64,000 bases of DNA from Candidatus Levyibacteriota bacterium (lineage in GTDB: Bacteria; Patescibacteriota; Microgenomatia; Levybacterales; UBA12049): the NCBI GenBank assembly GCA_029260965.1, contig JAJDCG010000001.1, forward strand, positions 20,803 through 84,802. The letters are read 5' to 3'. Numbering within the stretch: position 1 is the first letter of the stretch; each line of letters opens with the position of its first letter. Made by a program: the position numbers and the translations under genes. Positions 63,979 through 64,000 of this stretch are shown one piece after another. Below the pieces are notes generated by a model. That model was not told the origin of the DNA. It saw nothing but the letters and a program-made list of their open reading frames with translations, and ran no database searches.

Positions 63979-64000
63979 TACCCTAATTGTAAATCCACTT

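Overview
This 64 kb window reads as a low-GC (about 38-40%) bacterial chromosome segment in the standard genetic code: TGA, TAA and TAG all terminate recognisable genes. Gene content and the type IV secretion (T4SS) architecture suggest a reduced, Gram-positive-type or Patescibacteria/CPR-like organism; that placement is inference only.

The right edge contains the replication origin. dnaN and dnaA lie on the minus strand, divergent from rpmH-rnpA-yidD, with perfect DnaA boxes on both sides of dnaA.

Housekeeping genes are dense: hpt, a sugar-modification operon, a stand-alone 5'-3' exonuclease, ftsH, murD, a class II (B12-dependent) ribonucleotide reductase operon (nrdR-nrdJ plus a PduO-type adenosyltransferase) with tandem NrdR boxes, gmk, gap, PBP1A, rpe, rpiB, a SpoIID/LytB protein, smpB followed by a tmRNA, and comFC.

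I count seven tRNAs plus one atypical tRNA-like gene: two divergent CAT-anticodon genes, an apparent UAU-anticodon tRNA, Arg(GCG), and all four Ser isoacceptors within 3.5 kb.

The most notable accessory content is a T4SS-like gene set. The main cluster at 50.3-60.6 kb abuts dnaN. It holds an AAA-ATPase plus winged-helix regulator, three tandem VirB2/TrbC-like pilin paralogs, a PrgI/VirB3-like protein, a VirB4 ATPase that appears split into two ORFs, a DUF11 surface protein, an M15 (MepA-like) cell-wall peptidase and bitopic membrane proteins. Upstream are a VirB6-like polytopic protein and a 1091-aa protein with no recognisable motif. A VirD4/TraG-like coupling ATPase lies 30 kb away. No relaxase is visible.

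Three further points:
- A dispersed GATC-containing heptanucleotide tandem-repeat family (GGATCTT/GATCTTG)n occurs four times in the window. One copy terminates and frameshifts a glycosyltransferase gene, a candidate phase-variable contingency locus. Another sits in-frame inside murD.
- murD is translationally coupled to a PP-loop-like protein, raising a MurD2/MurL-type possibility.
- A tRNA-Met 3'-end fragment and inverted 12-mer lie next to a GIY-YIG/RadC/XRE/tyrosine-recombinase gene group, which may be an integration remnant.

All calls are from reading the sequence and ORF translations. No database searches were run.
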